Below, one piece after another: positions 1 through 12,975 of a stretch of 64,000 nt of DNA. The stretch is from Macrostomum lignano (lineage: Eukaryota). Made by a program: the position numbers and the translations under genes. The stretch is from positions 1 to 64,000 of the forward strand of contig NIVC01000977.1 in the NCBI GenBank assembly GCA_002269645.1, read 5' to 3'. Numbering within the stretch: position 1 is the stretch's first letter; the number at the start of each line of letters is the position of its first letter. The notes beneath the pieces were generated by a model. It saw nothing but the letters and a program-made list of their open reading frames with translations, had not been told where the DNA came from and did no database searches.

Positions 1-3000
1 GTAAACAATCATAGAAGCGTCATTAAAAACATAGAAGAAGTCATGTAAAAATCATAGAAGCGTCATGTAAAAATCATAGAAGCGTCATGTAAAAATCATA
101 GAAGCGTCATGTAAACAATCATAGAAGCGTCATGTAAAAATCAGAAAGCGTCATGTAAAAATCATAAAAGCGTCATGTAAAAATCATAGAAGCGTCATTT
201 AAAAATCATAGAAGCGTCATGTAAAACAATCATAGAAGCGTCATGTAAACAATCATAGAAGCGTCATGTAAAACAATCATGAAGCGTCATGTAAAAATCG
301 TAGAAGCGTCATGTAAAAAATCATAGAAGTGTCATGTAAAATCTGAAGTCATGTAAAAAGCATAGAAGCGTCATGTAAAAATCATAGAAGCGTCATGTAA
401 ACAATCATAGAGCGTATGTAAACAATCATAGAAGCGTCATGTAAACAATCATAGAAGCTTCATGTAAAAAATCATAGAAGCGTCATGAAAAAATCATTAA
501 AGCGTCATGTAAAAATCATAGAAGGTCATGTAAAAAATCATAGAAGCATCGTGTAAAAATCATAGAAGCGTCATGTAAAAAAGTAAGAGCGTAATATAAA
601 AATCATAGAAGCGTCATTTAAAAAAATCATAGAGCGTCATATAAAAATAAAAAAAACGTCATTTAAAAATCATAGAAGCGTCATGTAAACAATCATAGAA
701 GCGTCATGTAAACAATCATAGAAGCGTCATGTAAAAAATCTTAGAAGCGTCATGTAAACAATCATAGAAGCGTCATGTAAACAATCATAGAAGCGTCATG
801 TAAAAAATCATAGAAGCGTCATGTAAAAGCATAGAAGCGTCATGATAAACAATCATAGAAGCGTCATGTAAACAATCATAGAAGCGCCATGTAAACAATC
901 ATAGAAGCGTCATGTAAACAATCATAGAAGCGTCATATAAAAATCATAGAAGCGTCATTAAAAATCATAGAAGCGTCATGTAAACAATCATAGAAGCGTC
1001 ATGTAAACAATCATAGAAGCGTCATGTAAAAAATCATAGAAGCGTCATGTAAACAATCATGAAGCGTCATGTAAAACAATCATAGAAGCGTCATGTAAAC
1101 AATCATAGAAGCGTCATGTAAAAATCATAGAAGCGTCATGTAAAAAATCATAGAAGCGTCATCTAAACATCATAAAAGCGTCATGTAAAAATCGATAGAA
1201 GCGTCATTTAAAAAATCATAGAAGCGTCATATAAACAATCATAGAAGCGTCATGTAAACAATCATAGAAGCGCCATGTAAACAATCATAGAAGCGTCATG
1301 TAAACAATCATAGAAGCGTCATAAAAAATCATAGAAGCGTCATTAAAAAATCATAGAAGCGTCATGTAAACAATTATAGAAGCGTCATGTAAACAATCAT
1401 AGAAGCGTCATGTAAAAATCATAGAAGCGTCATGTAAACAATCATGGAAGCGTCATGTAAAAATCATAGAAGCGTCATGTAAAAATCATAGAAGCATCGT
1501 GTAAACAATCATAGAAGCGTCATGTAAAAATCATAGAGCGTCGTAATATAAAAATCATAGAAGCGTCATTAAAAAATCATAGAAGGCGTCATATAAAAAT
1601 CAAAAGCGTCATTAAAAAATCATAGAAGCGTCATGTAAACAATCATAGAAGCGTCATGTAAACAATCATAGAAGCGTCATGTAAAAAATCATAGAAGCGT
1701 CATGTAAACAATCATAGAAGCGTCATGTAAAAAATCATAGAAGCGTCATGTAAAAATCATAGAAGCGTCATGTAAAAATCATAGAAGCGTCATGTAAAAA
1801 ATCATAAAGCGTCATGTAAAAAATCATAGAAGCATCATGTAAACAATCATAGAAGCGTCATGTAAAAATCATAGAAGCGTCATGTAAAAAATCATAGAAG
1901 CGTCATGTAAAACATCATAAAAGCGTCATGTAAAAATCGTAGAAGCGTCATTTAAAAAATCATAGAAGCGTCATATAAACAATCATAGAAGCGCCATGTA
2001 AACAATCATAGAAGCGTCATGTAAAAATCATAGAAGCATCGTGTAAACAATCATAGAAGCGTCATGTAAAAAATCATAGAAGCGTAATATAAAAATCATA
2101 GAAGCGTCATTAAAAATCATAGAAGCGTCATGTAAACAATCATAGAAGCGTCATGTAAACAATCATAGAAGCGTCATGTTAAAAATCATAGAAGCGTCAT
2201 GTAAAAAATCATAGAAGCGTCATGTAAACAATCATAGAAGCGTCATGTAAACAATCATAGAAGCGTCATGTAAACAATCATAGAAGCGTCATATAAAAAT
2301 CATAGAAGCGTCATTTAAAAAATCATAGAAGCGTCATGTAAACAATCATAGAAGCGTCATGTAAACAATCATAGAAGCGTCATGTAAAAAATCATAGAAG
2401 CGTCATGTAAACAATCATGGAAGCGTCATGTAAAAATCATAGAAGAGTCATGTAAAAAATCATAGAAGCATGTAAACAATCATAGAAGCGTCATGTAAAA
2501 ATCGTAAGAGCGTAATATAAAAATCATAGAAGCGTCATTAAAAAATCATAGAAGGCGTCATATAAAAATCAAAAAACGTCATTTAAAAAATCATAGAAGC
2601 GTCATGTAAACAATCATAGAAGCGTCATGTAAACAATCATAGAAGCGTCATGTAAACAATCATAGAAGCGTCATGTAAACAATCATAGAAGCGTCATGTA
2701 AAAAATCATAGAAGCGTCATGTAAAAATCATAGAAGCGTCATGTAAAAATCATAGAAGCGTCATGTAAAAATCATAGAAGCGTCATGTAAAAAATCATAG
2801 AAGCATCGTGTAAACAATCATAGAAGCGTCATGTAAAAAATCATAGAAGCGTCATGTAAAAATCATAGAAGCGTCATCTAAAACATCATAAAAGCGTCAT
2901 GTAAAAAATCGTAGAAGCGTCATTAAAAAATCATAGAAGCGTCATATAAACAATCATAGAAGCGTCATGTAAACAATCATAGAAGCGTCATGTAAAAATC

Positions 3001-3420
3001 ATAGAAGCATCGTGTAAACAATCATAGAAGCGTCATGTAAAAAATCGTAAGAGCGTAATATAAAAATCATAGAAGCGTCATTTAAAAAATCATAGAAGCG
3101 TCATGTAAACAATCATAGAAGCGTCATGTAAACAATCATAGAAGCGTCATGTTAAAAATCATAGAAGCGTCATGTAAAAAATCATAGAAGCGTCATGTAA
3201 ACAATCATAGAAGCGTCATTTTAAAAATCATAGAAGCGTCATGTTAAAAATCATATAAGCGTCATGTAAACAATCATCGAAGCGTCATCTAAAAATCATA
3301 GAAGCATCATGTAAAAAATCATAGAATCGTCATGAAAAAATCATAGAAGCGTCATTTAAAAACTAATGAAAGTGTCATTTAAAAAATTAAGAAGCATCAT
3401 AGTAGAATAAAAGAAGCGTC
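1..3420. repeat. Satellite array 1, ~22-23 bp unit (AATCATAGAAGCGTCATGTAAAC/A), runs off the window start
   Basis: Continuous tandem units. A variant landmark (GTCATATAAAAAT..AAAA..CGTC) recurs at ~640, ~1590 and ~2560, suggesting a ~960-bp higher-order period. Confidence 0.97.
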
Positions 3421-4499
3421 ATGTCAGACATGAAAGGTGTCATGGAAAAATTAAATGCAGCTATAATGCTGTGCTGGGGAGAAAAACTGAGACGTCAAGG
3501 CTCTCAGAGAATAACTGAGATTACGGGGGGGGGGGTTTCTGAGATGTCAAAGCAAAAGTCAGAAGCTAATTCAAAGTTCATGTACTTTACTCAATTTTTT
3601 TATTGCATTCTTTGTTGGCTCGCCACGGGAGGCGCTGATAGAAGAGTCATGTAAAAAATAAAAGTAGCACTATGTATACATAAAAGAAAAGTCATGTCGA
3701 AGTTAAAAGATTCATTTGGGAATTGCTACGATGTCAAAGCTAGGTGGAAATCGTTATAGTGCTGTGATTCTTAAAGAAGGAATCACTAAAATGTCAAGGC
3801 TTAGGGGAGAAGAATTGCTGAGATTTCAAGGCTTTATGTTGGGTTAAAGTTAGGTTTAGGTCAGGTGTGGGTTGAGGGTTATATTTTATCGAGTTTCAAG
3901 GTTAGCAGGGATTTTTCAGATTTCAAGGTTTATGGGCGCCATCGCTGACATGTTAAGGCTTACGGGGGAATAGCTGAGATGTCAAGGCTCACGGGGTATA
4001 AATGAGATTTCAAGGCTAAAGTCAGAAGCTACATGTAGTTTATTGAAAACTTTTTATTACATTATTTGATGCCTCCTCAGGGGAGGGATCGCTGATTAAA
4101 AAAGCGTAATGTAAAAAATAAAAGAAGCTTCATGTCGAAGTTAAGATATTCATTTGGGAATCCCTACGATGTCGAGGCTTGCAGGGAATCGCTATAATGC
4201 TGTAGTAGTGCTATAATGACTCTTAAAGAGAATTACTGAAATTTCAATGCTTTAGGGTTAGGTTAGGGTTAGGGTTAGAAGGTTGACAGATATTTTTAGA
4301 TTTCCAAGGCTTATTGGGCATGGCTGAGATGTCAAGGGGGGAAGTTGATATGTTAAAGCTTGTGGGGGGGAATTACTGACATGTCAAGGCTTACAAGGTT
4401 TGATAGGAGATTTTTTAAGATTTCAAGGATACATGTAGCTTATTAAAAAAACGTGTATTGCATTTCTTTGGCTCCCCAACGGGGGGCGTAGATTGCTAG
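1..4499 (+). mobile_element. Non-autonomous Helitron-like element 1 (5' end outside the window), carrying satellite 1
   Basis: 3' GC hairpin GCTCCCCAACGGGGGGC (~4471-4487) followed by AGATTG-CTAG (4496-4499), the same terminus as elements 2 and 3. Confidence 0.7.
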
Positions 4500-5049
4500 T
4501 CCATATACTAAAAATGGTCTGTCGGTATGTGTGTGTGTATGTGTGTGTGTGATCGATTTTAGCAAAAACGGCTCAACCGATTTTCTTCGAACTTGCACTG
4601 TTCGATCAGAAATTTTCCCGTGACAGTACATGCATCGTGGCTAAGAAATTGCTTGATGCTAAAGGGATTAAATATTCGAAAAACATGCTTTTTTGCAAAG
4701 GTCAAGCAGCTCTTTCGACTTGAAATGCATTGTAAGAATGCTAGCAGAAAAACTGACTGGTTGAATTCTGATTCTGAAATAGATTGCATCACAATACACT
4801 TTATTTATCGTCTGTGTACTGGCTGAATTTGACACTCAATTGAATTGCGTCACAGCTTTGAGTGTGAAAGCATAGCGCAGTACTGAATTTATATTACGTA
4901 ACCATATTGTTAGCTTTCATAGACACTGGTACTGACTTGCCAAGAAATTGATTATGTCATAACTGCTTCGTGAGACTTTTTACTCTACCTGACTTGGTGT
5001 GAGTGTTGAATTATATAAGTGGTACAACATCACTGATAACTTCGATGAG

Positions 5050-5110
5050 AGCTAGCCTAGAGCTGAACAGACCAGACTGCTAATGCAGCGACCTGGGTTC
5101 GAATCTAAGT
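5050..5110 (+). promoter_or_regulatory. tRNA-derived segment / Pol III B-box inside Helitron-like element 2
   Basis: TAGCCTAGAG...GACTGCTAAT...GACCTGGGTTCGAATC. B-box GGTTCGAATC at 5096-5105; A-box degenerate. Confidence 0.5.
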
Positions 5111-5169
5111 AGTTTAAAAGTAGTAGTGTGAAATTTTTTATTAAAAGGTTTTATTAAAGGACTAAATAA

Positions 5170-8100
5170 GAACACTTAGATTACTGCACTCGATAAGCCA
5201 AGGATTATTGCTATTAATAAACCAAAGACTACTGCACTCGATAAACCAAGGACTATTGCTCTTGGCAAACCAAGGATTACTGCACTCAAGAAGCCAAGGA
5301 TTATTGCTATTAACAAACCAAGGATTACTGCACTCGATAAACCAAGGACTATTGCTCTTGGCAAACCAAGGATTACTGCACTCAAGAAGCCAAGGATTAT
5401 TGCACTTGGAAAACCAAGGATTACTGCACTTGATAAACCAAGGATTATTGCACTTGATAAGCCAAGGATTATTGCACTTGATAGGCCAAAGATTACTGCG
5501 CTTGATAAACCAAGGATTATTGCGCTTGATAGGCCAAAGATTACTGCGCTTGATAAACCAAGGATTATTGCGCTTGATAAACCAAGGATTATTGCACTTG
5601 ATAAGCCAAGGATTACTGCGCTTGATAAACAAAGGATTATTGCACTTGATAAACCAAGGATTATTGCACTTGATAAGCCAAGGATTATTGCACTTGATAA
5701 ACCAAGGATTATTGCACTTGATAAGCCAAGGATTATTGCACTTGATAAACCAAGGATTATTGCACTTGATAAGCCAAGGATTATTGCACTCGATAAGCCA
5801 AGGATTATTGCTCTTAATAAACCAAGGATTACTGCACTCGATAAGCCAAGGATTATTGCTCTTAATAAACCAAGGATTACTGCACTTGGAAAACTAAGGA
5901 TTACTGCACTCGATAAACCAAGGACTATTGCACTTGATAAACCAAGGATTATTGCACTTAATAAGCCAAGGATTATTGCACTCGATAGGCCAAGGATTAT
6001 TGCTCTTAATAAACCAAGGATTACTGCACTTGGAAAACTAAGGATTACTGCACTCGATAAACCAAGGACTATTGCACTTGATAAACCAAGGATTATTGCA
6101 CTTGATAAACCAAGGATTATTGCACTTGATAAGCCAAGGATTATTGCACTTGATAGGCCAAGGATTATTGCACTTGATAGGCCAAAGATTACTGCGCTTG
6201 ATAAACCAAGGATTATTGCACTTGATAAACCAAGGATTATTGCACTTGATAAGCCAAGGATTATTGCACTTGATAGGCCAAGGATTACTGCTCTTGATAA
6301 ACCAAGGATTATTGCACTTGATAAACCAAGGATTATTGCACTTGATAAGCCAAGGATTATTGCACTTGATAAACCAAGGATTATTTCACTTGATAAACCA
6401 AGGATTATTGCACTTGATAAACCAAGGATTATTTCACTTGATAAACCAAGGATTATTGCACTTGATAAGCCAAGGATTACTGCGCTTGATAAACAAAGGA
6501 TTATTGCACTTGATAAACCAAGGATTATTGCACTTGATAAGCCAAGGATTATTGCACTTGATAAGCCAAGGATTATTGCACTTGATAAACCAAGGATTAT
6601 TGCACTTGATAAGCCAAGGATTATTGCACTTGATAAACCAAGGATTATTGCACTTGATAAGCCAAGGATTATTGCACTCGATAAGCCAAGGATTATTGCT
6701 CTTAATAAACCAAGGATTACTGCACTCGATAAGCCAAGGATTATTGCTCTTAATAAACCAAGGATTACTGCACTTGGAAAACTAAGGATTACTGCACTCG
6801 ATAAACCAAGGACTATTGCACTTGATAAACCAAGGATTATTGCACTTAATAAGCCAAGGATTATTGCACTCGATAGGCCAAGGATTATTGCTCTTAATAA
6901 ACCAAGGATTACTGCACTTGGAAAACTAAGGATTACTGCACTCGATAAACCAAGGACTATTGCACTTGATAAACCAAGGATTATTGCACTTGATAAACCA
7001 AGGATTATTGCACTTGATAAGCCAAGGATTATTGCACTTGATTGGCCAAGGATTATTGCACTTGATAGGCCAAAGATTACTGCGCTTGATAAACCAAGGA
7101 TTATTGCACTTGATAAACCAAGGATTATTGCACTTGATAAGCCAAGGATTATTGCACTTGATAGGCCAAGGATTACTGCTCTTGATAAACCAAGGATTAT
7201 TGCACTTGATAAACCAAGGATTATTGCACTTGATAAGCCAAGGATTATTGCACTTGATAAACCAAGGATTATTTGTCTTGAGAAACCAAGGATTATTGCA
7301 CTTGATAAACCAAGGATTATTTCACTTGATAAACCAAGGATTATTGCACTTGATAAGCCAAGGATTATTTCACTCGATAAGCCAAGGATTATTTCTCTTG
7401 ATAAACCAAGGATTATTGCGCTTGATAGGCCAAAGATTACTTCGCTTGATAAACCAAGGATTATTGCGCTTGATAAACCAAGGATTATTGCACTTGATAA
7501 GCCAAGGATTACTGCGCTGGATAAACAAAGGATTATTGCACTTGATAAACCAAGGATTATTGCACTTGATAAGCCAAGGATTATTGCACTTGATAAACCA
7601 AGGATTATTGCACTTGATAAGCCAAGGATTATTGCACTTGATAAACCAAGGATTATTGCACTTGATAAGCCAAGGATTATTGCACTCGATAAGCCAAGGA
7701 TTATTGCTCTTAATAAACCAAGGATTACTGCACTCGATAAGCCAAGGATTATTGCTCTTAATAAACCAAGGATTACTGCACTTGGAAAAATAAGGATTAC
7801 TGCACTCGATAAACCAAGGACTATTGCACTTGATAAACCAAGGATTATTGCACTTAATAAGCCAAGGATTATTGCACTCGATAGGCCAAGGATTATGGCT
7901 CTTAATAAACCAAGGATTACTGCACTTGGAAAACTAAGGATTACTGCACTCGATAAACCAAGGACTATTGCACTTGATAAACCAAGGATTATTGCACTTG
8001 ATAAACCAAGGATTATTGCACTTGATAAGCCAAGGATTATTGCACTTGATAGGCCAAGGATTATTGCACTTGATAGGCCAAAGATTACTGCGCTTGATAA

Positions 8101-9100
8101 ACCAAGGATTATTGCACTTGATAAACCAAGGATTATTGCACTTGATAAGCCAAGGATTATTGCACTTGATAGGCCAAGGATTACTGCTCTTGATAAACCA
8201 AGGATTATTGCACTTGATAAACCAAGGATTATTGCACTTGATAAGCCAAGGATTATTGCACTTGATAAACCAAGGATTATTTCACTTGATAAACCAAGGA
8301 TTATTGCACTTGATAAACCAAGGATTATTTCACTTGATAAACCAAGGATTATTGCACTTGATAAGCCAAGGATTATTTCACTCGATAAGCCAAGGATTAT
8401 TTCTCTTGATAAACCAAGGATTATTGCACTTGATAAGCCAAGGATTATTGCACTTGATAGGCCAAGGATTACTGCTCTTGATAGGCCAAGGATTACTGCA
8501 CTTGATAAACCAAGGATTATTGCACTTGATAGGCCAAGGATTATTGCACTTGATAGTCCAAAGATTACTGCGCTTGATAAACCAAGGATTATTGCACTTG
8601 ATAAACCAAGTATTATTGCACTTGATAAGCCAAGGATTATTGCAGTTGATAAGCCAAGGATTATTGCACTTGATAAGCCAAGGATTATTGCACTTGATAG
8701 GCCAAGGATTACTGCGCTTAATAAACCAAGGATTATTGCACTTGATAAACCAAGGATTATTGCACTTAATAAACCAAGGATTATTGCACTTGATAAACCA
8801 AGGATTATTTCACTTGAAAAACCAAGGATGATTGCTCTTGATAAACAAATATTGCACTTGATAAACCAAGGATTATTGCACTTGATAAACCAAGGATTAT
8901 TGCACTTGATAAGCCAAGGATTATTGCACTTGATAGGCCAAGGATTACTGCGCTTGATAAACCAAGGATTATTGCACTTGATAAACCAAGGATTATTGCA
9001 CTTGATAAGCCAAGGATTATTTCACTTGAAAAACCAAGGATTATTGCACTTGTTTCATCAAGGATTATTGCTATTAATAAACCAAGGATTATTGCACTAG
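5170..9100. repeat. Satellite array 2, 24-bp unit GATAAACCAAGGATTATTGCACTT, with higher-order structure
   Basis: About 160 tandem units. Landmark GGAAAA(C/A)TAAGG at 5888/6032, 6776/6920 and 7784/7928. Confidence 0.97.
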
Positions 9101-9224
9101 CTGAGAAGCTGATTACTGCGCTGTCTAAAAAGAGATTATTGCGCTCGCTGAGACGTGGATTGTTGCACAACCTGAGAAAGCGATTATTGCATTAGCGGAA
9201 GTAACATTTGCACTAGCTACTTGC

Positions 9225-9500
9225 TGTCTCGTGGATGCTTGCTCTCGAGGGGGGATACTTGCTATTTGGGAGAGGGGGTACTGGCTACATGCATGGGATT
9301 CTTTCTATCCAGGGATGCTTGCTATTTAGGGATTCTTGCTATCTGCAGGATGCTTGCTATCTGGGTGGATGCTTCTATAATATCTGGGGGGTGCTTGCTA
9401 TCTGCAGGATGCTTCTATAATATCTGGGGGGTGCTTGCTATCTGCAGAATGCTTGCTATCTGAGGTGATTCTTGCTATGAGCATTAGAGGATGCTTGCTA
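9225..9500. repeat. Degenerate 18-bp minisatellite GATGCTTGCTATCTGGGG (sub-3' region of element 2)
   Basis: Same unit as 12775-12975; both are preceded by GCACTAGCTACTT. Confidence 0.85.
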
Positions 9501-10261
9501 TCTGCGATTGCTCACTTTTGGAGGGGGTTGCTTGCTGTCTTGGGAATATTTTCTATTCAGGGAAACGATATTTTGTTGACTGTTTGTTAATTTTAGAGAA
9601 AAAGTGATTTTTTAATTTTGCAAACATCTTAGTCCGTGACAATTTTACACGAATAAGGTGATTTTTAAAATGTGAAGAAGGAATTAGTGTTTAAGAAAAT
9701 GTGTTTTTTATTGTTTTCCATGAACTATTTTTGCTCCTTTCTTATTGGGCGCCCCGAAGGGGGGCCGCACTAGATTGCTAGTCCTATATACTAAAAATGA
9801 GTTGTCTGTATGTGGGTATGTGGGTATGCGATAGATTTCAGAAAAATTGGCTCAACCGATTTTCTTCAAACTTGCACCATTCGATCAGAAATTTTTCTGG
9901 GACGGTACATGCATCTTGGCTAAGAAATTGCTCAATTTTAAAGGGATTAATTATTCGAAAACATGCTTTTTTGCAAAGGTCAAGCAGCTCTTTCGACCTG
10001 AAATGCATTGTAAAAATGCTAGAGAAAAAACTGACTGACTGCATTTCAATTCTGATAAAGATTGCATCACAAAAAGATGAAAACAGTGTCGAAAAAATGC
10101 ACACAAGACTTGATTGTAATTGCGTAACCATATTGCTAACTTGAATTGAGACTGATACTGGCTGACTGAGAAATTGATTATGTCATAACTTTTTACTCTA
10201 ACCGATTTGCTATAAGAATTTAATTATAAGGGCCACAATTCAAGTTCTCCAATTGAAAAGA

Positions 10262-10320
10262 GATAGCCAAGATGCGAACAGACTGGACTGCAAATGTAGC
10301 GACCTGGGTTCGAATCTTAG
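10262..10320 (+). promoter_or_regulatory. tRNA-derived segment / Pol III B-box inside Helitron-like element 3
   Basis: TAGCCAAGATG...GGACTGCAAAT...GACCTGGGTTCGAATC. B-box at 10307-10316; GACTGCAAAT resembles a tRNA-Cys anticodon arm. Confidence 0.5.
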
Positions 10321-10379
10321 TAGTGCAAAGAAATTTTTTTATTAAAACACTTAAAAAAACACCAAATGCTAAACATAAA

Positions 10380-12680
10380 AACGCGCAATGCCAAACATAG
10401 AAGAGCCACCATGTTGAACATTAAATTAAGAGCCACAATGTCGAACATTAAAGAGCCACCATGTTTAACATTAAAGAGCCACCATGTCACACATAAAAGA
10501 GCCACCATGTCAAACATAAAACAGCCACCATTTCGAAAATTAAAGAGCCACCATGTTAAACATTAAAGGGCCACCTTGTCGAATATTAAAGAGCCACCAT
10601 TTCAAACCTAAAAGAGCGACCATGTCGAACATAAAAGAGCCACCATGTCAAACATAAAAGAGCAACCATGTCAAACATAAAAAAGCCACCATGTCAAACA
10701 TAAAAGAGCCAACATGAAGAACATTAAAGAGCCACCATGTCGACCATTAAAAGAGCCACCATGTCCAACATACAAGAGCCACCATGTCGAACATAGAAAA
10801 GCCACCATGTCAAACATTAAAGAGCCACAATGTTAAACATTAAAGAGCCACCATTTCAAACCTAAAGAAGCCACCATGTCGAACATAAAAGAGCCACCAT
10901 ATCGAACATAAAAGAGTCACCATGTTAAAAATTAAAGAGCCACCATGTCAAACATAAAACAGCCACCATTTCAAAAATTAAAGAGCCACCATGTCAAACA
11001 TTAAAGAGCCACCATGTCAAACAAAAAGAGCCACCATGTCAAACATAAAAGAGCCACCATGTCAAACAAATATGTGACTCTATGTCAAACAGTTAAGAGC
11101 CACCATGTCGAACATAAAAGAACCACAATGTCGAACATAAAAGAGCCACCATGTCAAACATTAAAGAGCCACAATGTCAAACATTAAAGAGCCACCATGT
11201 GGAACATTAAAGAAACACCATGTCAAACATTAAAGAGCCACCATGTCGAACATTAAAGAGCCACCATGTCCAACATATATGTGACTCCATGTCAAACATT
11301 AAAGAGCCACCATGTCAAACATAAAAGGACCACCATGTCGAACATTAAAGAGGCACCATGTCGAACATTAAAAAGCCACCATGTCTAACATTATAGAGCC
11401 ACCATGTCGAACATTAAAGAGCAACCATGTCCAACATAAAAGAGCCACCATTTTGAACATTAAAGAGCCACCATGTCGAACAATAAAGAGCCACCATGTC
11501 AAACATTAAAGAGCCACCATTTCGAACATTAAAGAGCCACCATGTCAAACATTAAAGAGCCGCAATGTAAAACATTAAAGAGCCATCATGTCTAACATTA
11601 AAGAGCCACCATGTCGAACATTAAAGAGCCACTATGTCTAACATTAAAGAGCCACCATGTCGAACATTAAAGAGCCACCATGTCTAACATTAAAGAGCCA
11701 CCATGTCGAACATTAAAGAGCCACCATGTCGAACATTAAAGAGCCACCATGTCTAACATTAAAGAGCCACCATGTAAAACATAAAAAAGCCACCATGTCA
11801 AACATAAAAGAGCCACCATGTCAAACATATACGTGACTCCATGTCAAACATAAAAGAGCCATCATGTCAAACATATACGTGACTCCATGTCAAACATAAA
11901 AGAGCCACCATGTCAAACATTAAAGAGCCACCATGTCGAACATTAAAGAGCCACCATGTCAAACATAAAACAGCCACCATGTCAAAAATAAAAGAGCCAC
12001 CACGTCAAACATATATGACTCCATGTCAAACAGTAAAGAGCCACCATGTCAAGCATAAAAGAGCCACCATGTCAAACATTAAAGAGCCATCATGTCAAAC
12101 ATTAAAGAGCCACCATGTCTAACATTAAAGAGCCACCATGTCGAACAATAACGAGTCACCATGTCAAGTATATTCGTGACTCCATGTCAAACATAAAAGA
12201 GCTACCATGAAGAACATTAAAGAGCCACCACGTAAAACATTAAAGAGCCACCATGTCAAACATAAAAGAGCCACCATGTCAAACATATACGTGACTCCAT
12301 GTCAAACATAAAAGAGCCATCATGTCAAACATAAAAGAGCCACCATGTCAAACATAAAAGAGCCACCATGTCGAACATTAAAGAGCCACCATGTCGAACA
12401 TTAAAGAGCCACCATGTCGAACATTAAAGAGCCACGATGTCGAACATTAAAAAGCCATCATGTCTAACATTAAAGAGCCACCATGTCAAACATTAAAGAG
12501 CCACCATGTCTAACATTAAAGAGCCACCATGTCAAACATAAAAGAGCCACTATGTGAAACAATAAACAGACACCATGTCAGACATTAAAAAACCCGAATC
12601 AAACATAAGAGAGCCACCATGTAGAACATAAAAGAGCCACCATGTCAAACATTAAAGAGCCACCATGTCAAACATAAAAT
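10380..12680. repeat. Satellite array 3, ~23-bp unit AAAGAGCCACCATGTCAAACATT
   Basis: About 100 tandem, moderately diverged units. Confidence 0.97.
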
Positions 12681-12774
12681 TTACACAATTTCAAGCGTAA
12701 AAGTAAGCGTCATGCTAATTTTAAAGGAGCCACTATAGCTAAGGAAATTGTAGCACTAGCTACTTATTGTATGG

Positions 12775-12975
12775 TGGATGCTTACTATTTGGGGATGCTT
12801 GCTATCTGGGGGATGCTTGCAATCTGGGGGGCGCTTGCTATCTGGGGGATGCTTGCAATCTGGGGGATGCTTGCAATCTGGGGGGCGCTTGCTATCTGGG
12901 GGATGCTTGCAATCTGGGGGATGCTTGCTATCTGGGGGATGCTTGCAATCTGGGGGATGCTTGCTATCTGGGGGA
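12775..12975. repeat. 18-bp minisatellite GATGCTTGC(T/A)ATCTGGGG (sub-3' region of element 3)
   Basis: About 11 tandem units; homologous to 9225-9500. Confidence 0.9.

Larger units (their letters stand above)
4500..9781 (+). mobile_element. Non-autonomous Helitron-like element 2 (~5.3 kb), carrying the 24-bp satellite
   Basis: Starts TCCATATACTAAAAATG, then a GT microsatellite and GGCTCAACCGATTTT. Ends with hairpin GCCCCGAAGGGGGGC and CTAG (9778-9781). The 5' ~600 bp and the sub-3' segment are homologous to element 3. Confidence 0.8.

Noticed and set aside
4252-4278. True telomere or chromosome end
   Set aside because: Only about four units, embedded internally.
5162-9170. Long repetitive ORFs (LHLINQGL / DKPRIIAL, up to 401 aa)
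   Set aside because: A 24-bp period with stop-free frames gives several overlapping ORFs; there is no splice context or domain, and the array lies in a Helitron-like element.
5050-10320. Functional tRNA genes at 5050-5110 and 10262-10320
   Set aside because: Degenerate A-box and no acceptor stem; kept only as tRNA-derived promoter-like segments.
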